A stretch of 64,000 bases of DNA, taken from the NCBI GenBank assembly GCA_038087875.1, contig CM075991.1, positions 13,456,001 through 13,520,000 on the forward strand, in the 5' to 3' direction. A model generated the notes under the pieces. The model had not been told where the DNA came from. It saw only the letters and a list, made by a program, of their open reading frames with translations, and ran no database searches. Of this stretch, positions 1 through 13,690 are shown in pieces. This DNA comes from Malacoraja senta (Eukaryota). Numbering within the stretch: position 1 is the stretch's first letter; each line of letters starts with the position of its first letter. The position numbers were made by a program, and so were the translations under genes.

Positions 1-669
1 TAACCCAAAAATAATTCATAACCACTCAGATGATAAACAATTTTAAGATTTAAGTTTTTTCTATTTATCCAAATGAGTTATCGGGATTGAGTTCTGGACA
101 TTGATCTAGAAATGCAAGTTCCAATCCCACTCTATCAAAGGACTTTAAAGTCAAATAATGAAATTAATATGGATGTTCTTTAAAAATTTGGAACCTGTAG
201 TTTGAAAAGACTCTTTAATGGGATTAGCAGACTGTCTTTGTAAAGCCCACATTCTGAAACTATCATAAATTACCAGAGAAACACCATGCCAATTTAAATA
301 CTCGCATCCAATTCATGTGGGTTCCAGGACTTAATTACACGAGCCTCTTAATAACCTACCCAACTTGCTTTTCCTATTCCAGTTGTTTGTCATAGTTATC
401 ACACCCAGAACCACCCGCTAAAGGAATTAAATCAAATACCAAGCATGACTACATCGCTGCTTAATGTATTTCCAATAATTCCGTGGTAGTTTCCTGACAG
501 TTTCTTATGTACTTCAACTGTAATATAAAAACTGTTACATCTAAGCATTTACTAACTTCTATACAAATTGTTAATACATAAGAGAGGCAATAATAATTAT
601 AGAACATGTTATAGAAGTTAACAGAATATTTTGCCTGTGAACAACAACTAATCCAACTATATTATATGT

Positions 670-835
670 TTAAGAAAGAACTGCGGATGCTAGAAAAATC
701 GAAGGTAGACAAAAATGCTGGTGAAACTCCAATTCAAAGTCTGAAGAAGGGTTTCCACCCGAAACGTTGCCTATTTCCTTCGCTCCATAGATGCTGCTGC
801 ACCCGCTGAGTTTCTCCAGCATTTTTGTGTACCTT
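670..835. repeat. Inverted pair of Penelope-terminus-derived short repeats with a hammerhead core
   Basis: gaaggtagacaaaaatgctgg (~701) is inverted relative to ccagcatttttgtgtaccttc (~816); CTGAAGA-AGGG-tttcca-CCC-GAAACG at 741-766. Confidence 0.7.
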
Positions 836-844
836 CTTAAACCC

Positions 845-2030
845 TGCTGGAGAAACTCAGCGAGTGAGGCAGCATCTATGGAGCAAAGGAATAGGCGAGG
901 TTTCAGGGGGGGGGGTAAAAGAAAGGAAGACGCGGAGACAGTAGGCTGTGGGAGAGCTGAGAAGGGGAGGGGAAGGAGGGAAAAAGCAAGGACGACCAGA
1001 AATTGGAGAAGTCAATGTTCATACCACTGGGGTGTAAACTACCCAAGCAAAATATGAGGTGCTGCTTTTCCAATTTGCAGTGGGACTCACTCTGGCCATG
1101 GATGAGGCCCAGGACAAAAAGGTCGGATTCGGAAAAAGAGGGGAAGTTGAAGTGCTGAGCCACCAGGAGATTAGATTGTTTATTGCAAACTTAGCGGAGG
1201 TGTTGGGCGAAGCAACACCAAGCCTGCACTTGGTCTCACTGATGTAGGGCAGTTGACACCTGGAACAGCAGATGCAATAGACGAGATTGGAGGAGGTGAA
1301 GGTGAACCTCTGCCTCACCTGGAAAGACTTTGGATGGAGTCGAGGGGGGAGTGAGAGGGGGGGGGGGGTAAAGCAACAAGTGTAGCATTTCCAGCAGTTG
1401 CAAGGGAAAGTAACAGGGGAGGGGGTGGTTTGGGTGGGAAGGGACGAATTTACCAGTGAGTTACGGAGGGAGCGGTCTCTGCGGAAAGCAGAAAGTGGAG
1501 GAGATGGGACGATGTGGCCAGTGGTGGGATCCCGTTGGAGGTGGCGAAAATGTCAGAGGATTATATGTTGTATGCGACGGCTGGTAGGTTGGAAGGTGAG
1601 GACAAGGGGGGTGTCCTTGTTACGAGTGGGGGGGGGGGGAGATGGAGAGTGAGAGCGGTGCTACGGGATATAGAGGAGACCATGGTGAGAGCCTCATCTA
1701 TAATCGAAGAGGGGAACCCCCGTTCCATACAGAATGAGGACATCTCTGATGCCCTGGTTTGGAACACCTCATCCTGGGTGCAGATGCAGCATAGACAGAG
1801 GAATAGGGAGTACATTGACTTCTCCAATTTCAGGTAGTCCTTGCTTTCTCCTTCGTTCCCCTCCCCAGCTCTCCTTCCTTCCTCTCCCCAGCCTACTGTC
1901 TCCACCTCTTCCTTTCTTCCCCCCCCCCACATCAGTCTGAAAAAGGGTCTCGACCCAAAATGTCACCTATTCCTTCATTCCATAGATGCTGCCTCACCTG
2001 CTGAGTCTCGCCAGCATTTTTGTCCACCAG
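845..2030 (-). mobile_element. Penelope-like element, 3' part (GIY-YIG endonuclease, frameshifted), with an inverted terminal-repeat copy at ~1811-2030
   Basis: Minus-strand ORFs FTFTSSNLVYCICCSRCQLPYISETKCRLG (GIY-YIG motif) and AQHFNFPS...KLEKQHLIFCLGSLHPSGMNIDFSNF. Sequence 1811-2030 is the reverse complement of ~845-1020. Confidence 0.85.
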
Positions 2031-2183
2031 CTATATTATATATCTTTCCAATTGAGGACACATTTAAGCCAGAAATCATTCAGGCATCTCATAATTTTCA
2101 AACCAAAATTATAGCTCAAGAATAGATAAACTAAAGCTAAATTATTGGGGGGAAATAATACTTTTTTCTTTTGCTCTTCTCAC

Positions 2184-2483
2184 CCTACTGCGCTCTCTTG
2201 CATTAGCTGCTCGCCTCTTGCCAAACATGTCCTGCACATCTTTACTTGTGTAATGGCCAGAGGATTGTCTTTTGAATTTCCTCACAGGAGCCAAAAGAGG
2301 CAATGGGCCAAAAGTTTCACCGAGCACCTCATTCATCCTTTCTGCCTCAGGCACAATAATCAGCTGGGGGGAAACACCTTCTACTGCCTCCTCCTGATGG
2401 AGTAGTTCACAGTCTTGCAACTTCTTGAAAGCAACCTGATAGCAACTATGCTTCATATCTTTCCCTCTCTCCATTCCCAACAT
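2184..2483 (-). CDS. FIGLA: FIGLA (factor in the germline alpha, bHLH), first coding exon; remaining exons lie beyond the left edge
   Basis: Translation EVLGETFGPLPLLAPVRKFKRQSSGHYTS...KRRAANARERSR matches the recalled FIGLA N-terminus and basic region (DVLREQFGPLPQLAAVCRLKRLPSGGYSS...RRRVANAKERER). A phase-0 GTGAGA donor (+ strand tctcac 2178-2183) sits directly after the basic region. The true start could be the ATG at 2483, 2474 or 2456. Confidence 0.9.
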
Positions 2484-2639
2484 CTACCATTCACTCCTCA
2501 CACACTTGAATTGTACACTTTTATTCCAGGGCAAAGCCCTGCCTCAAGGAATCCTTTTCATTTGAGTTCATCATTGCCACAGGTGCGCTGATTGAGAGCG
2601 CATGGCATTGTGGTGGTTGTAGTCACATGCAGCTTCTCC

Positions 2640-2830
2640 CACATAGATGATGGAAACTACATTTCCCATCAGGCAATCTGGTAAGGAGCGCCTGCCCTTG
2701 CACACATGCGCACTAAGGCGCGGGGAAGCCGGCTCTCGCACGCATGCGTAGTGAGGAGGGGGAGCATGTGTAGTGAGTTCGATTCCGGTTGACGGCGAAA
2801 GGCTTTGGATTCCTAGAAAAAGTGCCCATG
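2640..2830. promoter_or_regulatory. CpG-rich, probably bidirectional promoter upstream of FIGLA
   Basis: ZNF143-type ACTACATTTCCCA at 2656-2668, NRF1-like CATGCGCA (2705-2712) and ACGCATGCGT (2740-2749), ETS-like TTCCGG (~2784), local CpG enrichment in AT-rich surroundings. Confidence 0.7.
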
Positions 2831-5800
2831 AGTGTTAAATTAAAACAGAAGGTTCGAAAGTTAACAAAGGAAGCATAAGTAAGTTGAAAGATCGGCTTTA
2901 TGTGCAGTAAGCCTCCGTGGGGTTGAAGCTGCTCAATGTGTGGGAGGATTGGGTAGAAACAGACAGGGCTCACTCACTTTAATCGCCGTCTGCACCTTAA
3001 TCATCTTAATCAAGTCGGTCCTTCCATCTGCGTTTACTGCGACAACTTTACAAAAACATCTGGAAGATAGACACAAAAAGCTGGAGTAACTCAGCGGGAC
3101 AGGCAGCATCTCTGGAGAGAAGGAATGGGTGAGACCCTCGCCATCCTGGGACAACCTGGCGTGGTTCCTAGCTGCTCCAGGGTGGTGTTGATGATTCTTT
3201 CCCTCTCTCCAAGTGTTCAGTCTTTCGCCATGACAACCTATCAAATATTAAACACCATGAACTCTACAAATAATCCACTTCAGTTGTCTATTGTCTGTTC
3301 TCCCCCCTGAAGTCTCCAACTACATTTACCTTTGACATTTTGCGTGGTGGACACATGAGAAATACTCATTTAAGATCTTGCCGATGTCTGTCCACTTGCA
3401 CCATCTTCGTTGCTACCAGCTGCCTGACATGCTGAGCATCATCGCTGGCGACTGTTTTTATTCCAAATGTGCAATGTTTGTTTGTTTGAATCAGTGCTGA
3501 AGGAAGTGACATTTTATTTTAATAAAATGTCTTATCTAATATTAAGCTTCAATTTGTGATTGAAAGTACTTATCGGGATCAGAAAAATAGTTTAGAAGTT
3601 TAGGGATAGTACTGTACCTTAGGGCGTTTTGAGTTGCTGCAATGCTAAGGCACAGTACCTCCAATTAAGAAGGGTCTCGACCCGAAACGTCACGCATTCC
3701 TTCTCTTCAGAGATGCTGCCTGTCCCGCTGAGTTACTCCAGCTTTTTGTGTCTGTCTCAAGATTTACGCTTGTCAGGTGATTTAATTTTTGGCTTTCCAA
3801 AATATTTGAACTTAAAAAAATGCACATAAATACAGCATTGAAAATATGTGGGGTACTGGAAAAAAGTAATTATAAAGGGGATGAGAACAAGAAATAATAG
3901 ACTAGTCTGCTTCATCTTTCTCATTAATCTTGCTTTTCAGTCCCAATAATTTCTCCACTTCTATCCGTCTTACTGATGCTATTTCATCTATTTCTCCACC
4001 TATCCATCTTACTGATGCTGATTTCGTTGAACTTATTTACTCCAGAATTGCAGTTTACCACTATTTCAGTAGAGACAAATATATATATTTCTTTAATTTC
4101 TTTACCTTTCTATTTCCTGGTATAATTTTTCCAGTGTCATTCAGTAAAGGACCCTCATTCACTTTTGCAAAAACTTTTTATTTTGTATATCGTTAAAAGT
4201 TTATGCAGTTTGTCTCATGTTATTTTTGCCTTCTACACTTGCAATTTACTTTCTCTTTCTGCTACCTACCCAACCCTCGGGTTTATGTTATTTTGGCAAC
4301 AATGTAAGCTTTTGTTTTGTTTTAATGCAATGTATAACTTCTCTTTATCTACGCTCTTTCCTTGATCCTAAAAAGATAAAAAATATCATGTAAACTGCAT
4401 GTTAATCCTTTAGACATTGATCTTTGTTCACTATCATATAATCAGTTCATATCTCCTACCTTTATCCTTGTTTACTTTATCCATACTTAAGTTTACAATT
4501 GTACAAAATCACTTTCAATTTAAACATATTACATTAAAAAATGTAAATGTTATAACATAATGATCACTGTAAAACAATTTGTTCTGATGTCCTGAGTTAA
4601 TTATTTTTTTCTTGAATTATCAAGTGTCATTCTTCCATTCTGGATAAGAATATCTAAAAGTGTATAGCACCAGATGTCCTCGGTGAGCTATTGTACATTG
4701 AAAGATGACACCTGATAATATTGTGCTGAACATTAGAAGGTAAGAAACAAAAGCATGTGCTGATCATTTGGCCTTTAGAGTCTGCTGCGTATTTTAACAA
4801 GATCTTCACCAACTCTACCTCAGACATTATTTTCCTTGATTCTTTTTATATTACAAAAGAATAACATAAAACTAGTGTACGGGGATCGATCATCGGCTTT
4901 GACACAATGGCTGAAGGGCCTGTTTCCACGCTGTATCTCTAAACGAAATGCATTGAATCAAGGCAATGACTGAACAGGCATCTGGGGTTAGCAAATTCCA
5001 GATTTCACAACCTCCTGAATGAAGATGTTTCTCCTCATTTCAATTCAGCCGCTTGCTTTGCAACTGCTTTCTTAACTCCTTATCCAAATCTGTTTCAACG
5101 AAGCCACCTCTCAATCTCCTAAAGTCGAGGGTATAGAGAGATCCAGCATAGGTGAAGTCATGAATCAGACCTGCCATTTCAGAATCCCAGTCGGTGAACC
5201 TATGCAGCAGTTACTCTACATATAGTTAAGAATCCAGAGGTCTACACGGGTGTAGGATCTGCAGGACCTTGTAGAGGCCTTGAAGATTCTCTGTATATTT
5301 GCCCTTCCTAACTGCCTGCTGGATTACGTTAGATTGTGAATGACGTTTCCCTGTGAGCGTTAACATTTTATGGTGCATCTCATCTAAAGAATACTCCTCA
5401 CTATTTTGCTCTACCATAGCTGACCAGTTCATATTTTTCAACACTGTACGCCATCTGCCATGCTTTTGCCCAGTCACCTGGCTTGTGTTTAATTCCTTTG
5501 AAGCCTCTCAATGGTCTCCTTGCTACCCTTATTTCTGCTTAGTTTTGAGTGAGTAGCAAACTTACAAATGTTACATCTGGTCTCTTGATGTTGGTTGTGA
5601 TTAATAGACACAAAGTACTGAAACTCAATGGGTCAGGCAGCATCTTTGGAGAACATGGATTGGTGACATATTGGTTCGGGACCCTTCTTCAGACATCACC
5701 TATCCATGTTCTCCAGAGATGCTGCCTGACCCGCTGAGTTACTCCAGCACTCTGAAACGACACCTATCCATGTTCTCAAATGCTGCCTGACCCGCTGAGT

Positions 5801-7934
5801 TACTCCAGCAAATTTTGTCCATTTTTTCTTTGTGTCTACGTTGGTTGTGATTGGTTGGACTCTGAGAAAGAAATTAATACTCAAGAACCAGAGAGCAAAA
5901 ATACACAACGTAGCTTTTTTTGGCTGGTTTAAACAACTTTTTTTTCATTTTGATGGAATATTTCAGCCAGCACTTGAATAACAACTGGAACTGGTATTAT
6001 TTTGAAGAGCAATCACTGTTTTGTAGACAAATATAACAGTCTGTAACTGCAATGAGATAAATTATGTCCAATGATAAGCAGAACTTCCTGTTCTTTTACA
6101 GATACAGTTGGTTTAGCATACATCCTTTACAATTTGTTGCTCAATACTGCTGTGGAACATTGGCCTAGATAATGTACTGATATCTGAAAGTGGGGCTTGG
6201 ATGTAACCTATCGCCACTAACTGAACTAATCTGGTGTTATTAGTAACAACACTATCAAAACAAACTGAGAACCTCATTCAATGCCTGTGTGTTTCATCTG
6301 ATAGCCTGATTTATTTTCTTGAAATTTATTCAATTATATTTACATTCCCTGAACAATGTCTGAACTTTTCCTTGATCTCTCAACATGTTTGGAGTAAATT
6401 TATCAGTCAGTCAACCAGGACTTTCTGGTATGCTAATTGTTTTCTGATTACTGATTAAACTCCCAATGATGATGTATCATTGCTCATTTTTCATTCCTAT
6501 CATCAACATCAGCTGCCTCAAAAAGAACAAACTAGTTCACCTGCACTACACTGATTATTGACACATCGTCAGAGGTGAAATGGAATGAAAAGCTTTTATG
6601 GTAATACCTTTTATATTATTGAAGCAGTTACATCATTAATACCTTTGAAGATACTGAAAGAGTTTGATAGCTTGGGCAAAGTGAAAATATTTCCCGAAAT
6701 GGGGAGATAATTCATAAATCGGAGGTGTAAAGTGGTGGTGCGGGATTCCCATAAAGTTAATTTGCCTGTCGGATCAATAGTAAGGAAGGCAAATGCAATG
6801 CTAGCATTTATTTTGAGAGGACCAGGACTCATTCCCCCAACATCCATTTTTAAAGTGTTAATGTACATGTCCAAACCTTTGGAACTAGTAATCCAATGGG
6901 ACCCTGTCAAAGGCCATACTGAAATCCATGTAGACTGCATCAAAGGCATTGCATCATCAATACATTTTCTAGCTTTCCCAAATAAAATTTAAAATCAAAC
7001 TTTTCACTAGGTACCTCCCTTAACAAAGCAAAGACTATATTTTCCCTTTCCCAAATGGCAATTAATCCTCTCCCTCAGAATTTTTTCCATCACTTTCTTA
7101 CCCCTGTCGTTAGACTCAGACCCACTATGAATGAACTGCTGCCTGTGACAGTGAGTGACTGGGGCCTGAGACGAATAGATGGGAGAAGTAGTGGAGTCAG
7201 ATTTAACTGAAGCATTCAAATGGGAGCTGGATAAGTATCTGAAAGGAATGTATTTATGTGACAATGCAGGAGTGGAGGTGTGGCATTGGTAGGTTTATGC
7301 TCATATAGGGTTGGTACAGACTCAACGGGTCATGTGGACTCTGTGCTCATGAAGACATGTGGATGTGAGAGAGATTTGTGGGTAAAGCAGTAAATGAGCA
7401 GTGAGAACCTTTGAAAATAATTTAGTTTGGATGTGTCCCAAATGTCAAAGGGTTAGCATTTTAACTGATTAAAATATGGAATTAAAACATCAAAAAGAGA
7501 TGTAATAAGTGGTGGATTCATTATTCAATACAGAGCTAAAAGATTAAGGAAGGGATGAAAAGGAAATGAAGATCAAGATGGATTAGTAGGTGACTAATAG
7601 GGCGGCACAATGGCAGACCTGGCAGAGACAGAGACCCGGGTGTCAACCGTCTGTGGAGAGAGAGGTTGAGACGTACTTGTTGTGATGTTAAGGTAGTTAA
7701 CCATGTTGGGGAGAATTGGGGGAAATTAGTGAGTCCATTATAAATGTCCACAGAAGATTGACTGTGAAGGGTATTAAATATCACAATTACAAAAACAGTT
7801 GTTCTAAATAATAAATAAGTCATGGCCTGTGAACGTGTGTTGTGGCTGAACAATAAAGAACATGACCTTTTAATTAAATCTACCATCTAGCACTGTATGA
7901 AAATTCACATATTTAATCAAATATTCATAACAAC

Positions 7935-8422
7935 TGTCAAGCTCCCGAAGATGTCGTCAGCTGGCCCAGTGGACGACATCTTCGGGAGCTCGCAGGTCAC
8001 AGGTTGGTGACCTGATTTTCTGGGGCTCCCGCTACTACAGCTGTGTCCGCTGGACTGGAGGGCGGCAGCTTCGGCAGCCTCGGCCAACCCGGGCCGCGGA
8101 GTTTGAACCGGCCCGTCGCGGACGGAGCACGGATTCAGCCGCGGGATTGCCTTACTTACCATCACCCGGTGGGGTCACAACATCAGAAGCCTGGATCACC
8201 TCAGTGCAGAGGGAGAACAAGGAGGGAAGAGACAGAGACTTTAAGACTTTTGCCTCCATCACAGTGAGGAGGTGCCTGGTGAACTCACTGTGGTGGATGT
8301 TAATTTGTGTTTATTGTGTGTTTTGTTATTTATTATTATATGTATGACTGCAGGCAACGGAATTTCGTTCAGACCGAAAGGTCTGAATGACAAATAAAGG
8401 AATCTCTAATCTCTAATCTCTA
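7935..8422 (+). mobile_element. Non-autonomous retroposon with LINE-like 3' end and (CTAATCT)n tail
   Basis: CpG-rich 5' part, terminal hairpin ttcagaccgaaaggtctgaa, AATAAA, then a tandem tail; family not assigned. Confidence 0.55.
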
Positions 8423-9004
8423 AGCAGAATCATTCTGTTTGAAAAGAGAAGTTCAGACCGTTTTATTATCCTTAGTTTTGTCATGAAATTGAGTTAGCTT
8501 CTGTTGTGAAGAAGCTGTAGATTTAGATCAGTGCATTGAAGTTCAGGTTGAGTTAGTACCTGAACTGTGTTGTATTCAACAGTGAATATTCATTTGCTGC
8601 TGATTTTCCTGGAAAGGTTAGTCATAATGCAAATGAATCATAGTGTTGGGTTAATGATACTGGCATAGTTGTGGATTAAGTTAAACTCTTGCACTTTTCT
8701 TTAGTTTCTCTCAAAGTTCTCCTTTGGGAATTATATCACTTTTTTGGTGAGTGGCTGCCCACTTCTCCCAAACTAATTTCTGATCTAATCTTGATAAACA
8801 GACATGGAACATACTGCCACGACTGAAGTGCGTAAGAAGGAACTACAGATGCTGGTTTACTCTGAAGATAGATACAAAATGCTGGAGGTGGAGTGAAGTT
8901 CAGTATCGGTCACCATTATCTCTGCATTCATTAAAGAGGTAAATTTGGCAGAACCTGTTTTGCACAGGGTATTGGCAGCACTCCTCGTCAATGTTTTGTA
9001 TACA

Positions 9005-10400
9005 TATACATAGATACATAGAAATTAGGTGCAGGAGTAGGCCATTCGGCCCTTCGAGCCTGCACCGCCATTCAATACGATCATGGCTGATCATCCAACT
9101 CAGTATCCCGTACCTGCCTTCTCTCCATACCCCCTGATCCCTTTAGCCACAAGGGCCACATCTAATTCCCTCTTAAATATAGCCAATGAACTGGCCTCAA
9201 CTACCCTCTGTGGCAGAGAGTTCCAGAGATTCACCACTCTCTGTGTGAAAAAGTTTTTCCTCATCTCGGTCTTAAAGGATTTTCCCCTTATCCTTAAGCT
9301 GTGACCCCTTGTCCTGGACTTCCCCAACATCGGGAACAATCTTCCTGCATCTAGCCTGTCCAACCCCATAAGAATCTTGTACGTTTCTTTAAGATCCCCT
9401 CTCAATCTCCTAAATTCTAGCGAGTATAAGCCAAGTCTATCCAGTCTTTCTTCATATGAGAGTCCTGACATCCCAGGAATCAGTCTGGTGAACCTTCTCT
9501 GCACTCCCTCTATGGCTATAATGTCCTTCCTCAGATTTGGAGACCAAAACTGTACGCAATACTCCAGGTGTGGTCTCACCAAGACCCTGTACAACTGCAG
9601 TAGAACCTCACTGCTCCTATACTCAAATCCTCTTGCTATGAAGGCCAACATACCATTCGCTTTCTTCACTGCCTGCTGCACCTGCATGCCTACTTTCAAT
9701 GACTGGTGTACCATGACACCCAGGTCTCGCTGCATCTCCCCATTTCCTAATCGGCCACCATTTAGATAATAGTCTGCCTTCCCGTTTTTGCTACCAAAGT
9801 GGATAACCTCACATTTATCCACATTATACTGCATCTGCCAAACATTTGCCCACTCACCCAGCCTATCCAAGTCACCTTGCAGTCTCCTAGCATCCTCCTC
9901 ACAGCTAACACTGCCCCCCAGCTTAGTGTCATCCGCAAACTTGGAGATGTTGCTTTCAATTCCCTCGTCCAGATCATTAATATAAATTGTAAATAGCTGG
10001 GGTCCCAGCACTGAGCCTTGTGGTACCCCACTAGTCACTGCCTGCCATTGTGAAAAGGACCCGTTTACTCCTACTCTTTGCTTCCTGTTTGCCAGCCAGT
10101 TCTCTATCCACATCAATACTGAACCCCCAATACCATGTGATTTAAGTTTGTATCCTAATCTCTTATGTGGTACCTTGTCGAAAGCCTTCTGAAAGTCCAG
10201 ATACAACACATCCACTGGTTCTCCCCTATCCACTCTACTAGTTACATCCTCGAAAAATTCTATAAGATTCGTCAGACACGATTTACCTTTCGTAAATCCA
10301 TGCTGACTTTGTCCAATGATTTCACCACTTTCCAAATGTGCTGCTATCCCATCTTTAATAACTGACTCTAGCAGTTTCCCCACTACCGATGTTAGACTAA
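9005..10400 (-). mobile_element. CR1-clade LINE (HER1-like), 5'-truncated, with an uninterrupted 427-aa RT/C-terminal ORF (9100-10383)
   Basis: QHGFTKGKSCLTNL, YLDFQKAFDKVPH, GVPQGSVLGP and FADD motifs; 3' UTR hairpin and (TTCTATGT)-like tail at ~9005-9025. Confidence 0.95.
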
Positions 10401-11509
10401 CAATTGTGAAGCGTGTTCGACACTGGAGCCATGTTTCAGCAAGAAATCAATCATTAGGAACTTCACCTGGTTTTAATACACATTCAGTCTGAAGAAGGGT
10501 CTCGACCTGAAAAGTCATCTATTCTTTCACTCCATAGATGCTTCTCACCTGCTGAGTTTCTCCAGCATTTTTATCTACCTTTAATATTTTATGTGCAGTT
10601 TCTAGATTGCTGATTAAAATGTATACAATTCATGCAACATGTCTTTGCAACATGTGTCTTTTTTCTGATCAAGAGTTGAATGGCACGATGGTAATCATGT
10701 ATTGTCTTTCCGCTGGCTGGTTGGCACGCAACAAAATCTTTTCATGGTACCTCAGTACACATGACAATAAACTAAACTGAAACTGAAGATTTGCTTCTCA
10801 GATGTGGTTGTGGCAGCTGTTTATTGTCCATCCTTCATTACCCTGAGAAGGGGGTGGTATTGGTTTGTGAACCTTGGCTGTGCTCATGATGAAGATGTTC
10901 TATAGTTGATAGTTTGGGGGAGGATTCCATGATTCTGACCTAAGGAACACAATTGACTGAATGCCAGATTTAATGTGAGTCATGGAGCAAATGATGTCAT
11001 TGTATCTATCATTGTTATTTCCAGCTGGGGCACAAACAGATATGATGAACATTTGCCCCAATTTCTGTTCCATTCAAGAGAGGGACTGGTATGTAGCAGA
11101 TTGTACTTGATTTGGAGGCACATTCCAATCACGGCAGCTGAACAATTTAAAATAAAATATTTAAATAAATAAAAGCCTTGTATCAGCAGTGGTGACCATG
11201 AATCTACAGACTGTTATAAAACTAATCTAGTTCACGGATGTCCTTCAGGAAAGGAAATGTTCCATCCTTACATGTTTGGTTCATGCACTAATCCCATTTC
11301 ATTCTCCCCACATTGTCATCAAGTACAAGTCATCTGAGCACCATGGGTGATCTACAGATTCATTTACAAACCTACATGTCTTTGGAAAATGGGAACAATT
11401 CAGAGCACCTGGGGGGAACCAATAAAGTCAGTGTGGAAACAGGCCCTTTAGCCCAACCTGCCCGCGCCGACCACATGCCCCACCTGCCAGTGTTTGGCCA
11501 ACTGATCCT

Positions 11510-11850
11510 GCTATAATCTTTGACATCCATCTTCACTATCTACAATACCACCCACTTCGGTGTCATCTGCAAACTTGCTGACCATGCCATGTACGTTCTC
11601 ATCCAAATCATTTATATAGAAGACAAACAACAATGGGCCCAGCACCAAACCCTGAGGCACACACCAGTCACAGGCCTCCAGTCCGAAAAGCAACCTTCCA
11701 CCATCACCCTCTGCTTTCTTCCATGAAGCCAATTTTCTATCCATTCAGCTATCTCACCTTGGACCGATGCGCTCTAATCTTCCAGAGCAACCTACCATGT
11801 GGAACCTTGCCGAATGCCTTACTGAAATCTATATATACAACATCAATTTG
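11510..11850 (-). mobile_element. Degenerate CR1 RT fragment
   Basis: VPQGLVLGPLLF...KFADDTEVGG. Confidence 0.85.
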
Positions 11851-13429
11851 TGCAACTCGAGTTATTGTTCAGGCAATAACTAGAAATAGGTTGTACTGGC
11901 ATCTTTGGAGGACACCACTGTACATTGTATCATTGGGGCCTACTGCTTGCCATGGGTGTGGGCATCAGAAGATGATGACAATGGCCTGGATTTGGAGAGC
12001 ACAGTGAAGCAACTGAACTTAAAGCAAAGGCCCCAAAAAGATACTGCATTCCTGCAGTGCGAGGTTTAGCAGGTGAGGTTGGCTGAGGTAGGCAGGTTTC
12101 AGAAGACCCCAGCATCCATCAAGCTGCTTTCACTGCCAATCACGTCAAACATTTCTGGTATTTACAAATTGTGCTTTTTACCTCCAACATGATATTATGG
12201 AATAAAAGTTGAAATTTGAGATTAATGTTAGGCTGATCTTTTAATTGTAATATATGTCCCGTTTTAATTTTAACGTGTTTCATTTTGATTTTTTTTTTTT
12301 AAACTGCAAATTGCTGGATATCTAAAATAGAAGCAGATATTGGAGCTACCCATCGAATCAGCTTGGTGTCTACGGGAATAACAATGACCCCTCATCGTGG
12401 GGGGGGGGGGAGGCAGGCAGAGGGCGGAGGGATGGTAGGGAGGAGGGGCAGAAAGGGGAGGCAGAGGGTGCGGGGGTGGGGCGCGGGAGGGGGGGGAGGA
12501 GGGGAGGAAGGAGGGGGGAGGCAGGGGGGGGCTGAGAATTTAAAGCATTTTTTTTCCTTCTATTTTTAGATCTTTTCCATCGAATCGTAGCACGTCATCC
12601 TGTAAATAAACGCATCACTAATAAGTGTCTACTCTTGTCATCAATACAACATTCATAACTTGGACTTTAGGCAACTATCCATAAAAGACAAAGATTTTAA
12701 TCAATTTGCCATATTCTGGACAGGCATTGTTCCCTTGATATTAATATTTGCATTTGCATGTTTAATTGTGAATATGCAATAATTTGGCAGTAATGGTACT
12801 GAATATTAATATTTTGCAATTTTATCAAATCTCAGACTGCCGTTTTCTGCCAATCTTCAAACATAGTCCATGAGTCATAGAGTACAGATACAGGCCCTTT
12901 GGCCAACTAGTCTATGCCAACCAAGGTGTTCCATCTAAACTCTCTCCACATCTGCTTTGGCACATATCCCTCCGTTATCCCATCCCCATACTGTTCCTCA
13001 AGCATTGTCTAACTATCCATTTCCCTTAAGATCACGTTTTCTTTCCCATTTTCCTCCTCCCATCAACTGTGCTTCCTACTTCAGAGGAACTTTGGATCAG
13101 AATATTTTCAAAAACAAATTGAACTCTGGATGTGGAAGATATAAAGTAAGTTCAGAAAACATTGGCAATGCACAGCAGGTGTAGCAGCACCAGTGGAGAG
13201 TGATAAAAATAAACATTGGCTTTTAATTACAACTACTTGCTTAGTCCCACGAGCCACATGAACATTGATCATCGTTGATGTGTGACTCAGTGCCATTATT
13301 GGCCTTGTTTGAGCTTGATAGATTTTAATTACATTTTAATTGAACAAGTGATCCAGCATCATTTGCCACGTCTAAAATAGGTTTGTAAACTTCAATCAGC
13401 CACTGTCAGAGTTTCCTAACCACATCTAA

Positions 13430-13690
13430 CCGAACCATTGCCTTACCGTGCCAGAGACCCACATTCAACCCTCACATTGGATATTGCCTGTATGGAGTTT
13501 GTTCTCGCTGTCACCCCTGGGTTTACTCTGGGTGTTCCAGTTTCCTCCTGCTCTCCCAAAGATGCACAGGTTGGGAAGTTAATTGGTCACTGTAATTTGG
13601 CAGAGTTTGATGGAAATGAGTATAAAATAGGATTAGCATAGGATTGTTATAAATAGATGTGTGCAGGTCAGTGTAGACTTGCTGGGCCAC
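13430..13690 (+). mobile_element. Degenerate V-domain tRNA SINE (HE1-like)
   Basis: tggagtttg...ttctc...gggtttactctgggtgttccagtttcctcc V-domain core. Confidence 0.6.

Noticed and set aside
360..517. Possible FIGLA exon 2 on the - strand (good acceptor and GTAGGT donor)
   Set aside because: The phase-0 translation LKYIRNCQETTTELLEIH* lacks the expected helix-loop-helix (xKNLNxGF...KPSKVD); at most a cryptic exon
11890..12072. Additional + strand exon ending at GTGAGG
   Set aside because: Acceptors are weak and no frame gives a recognisable product
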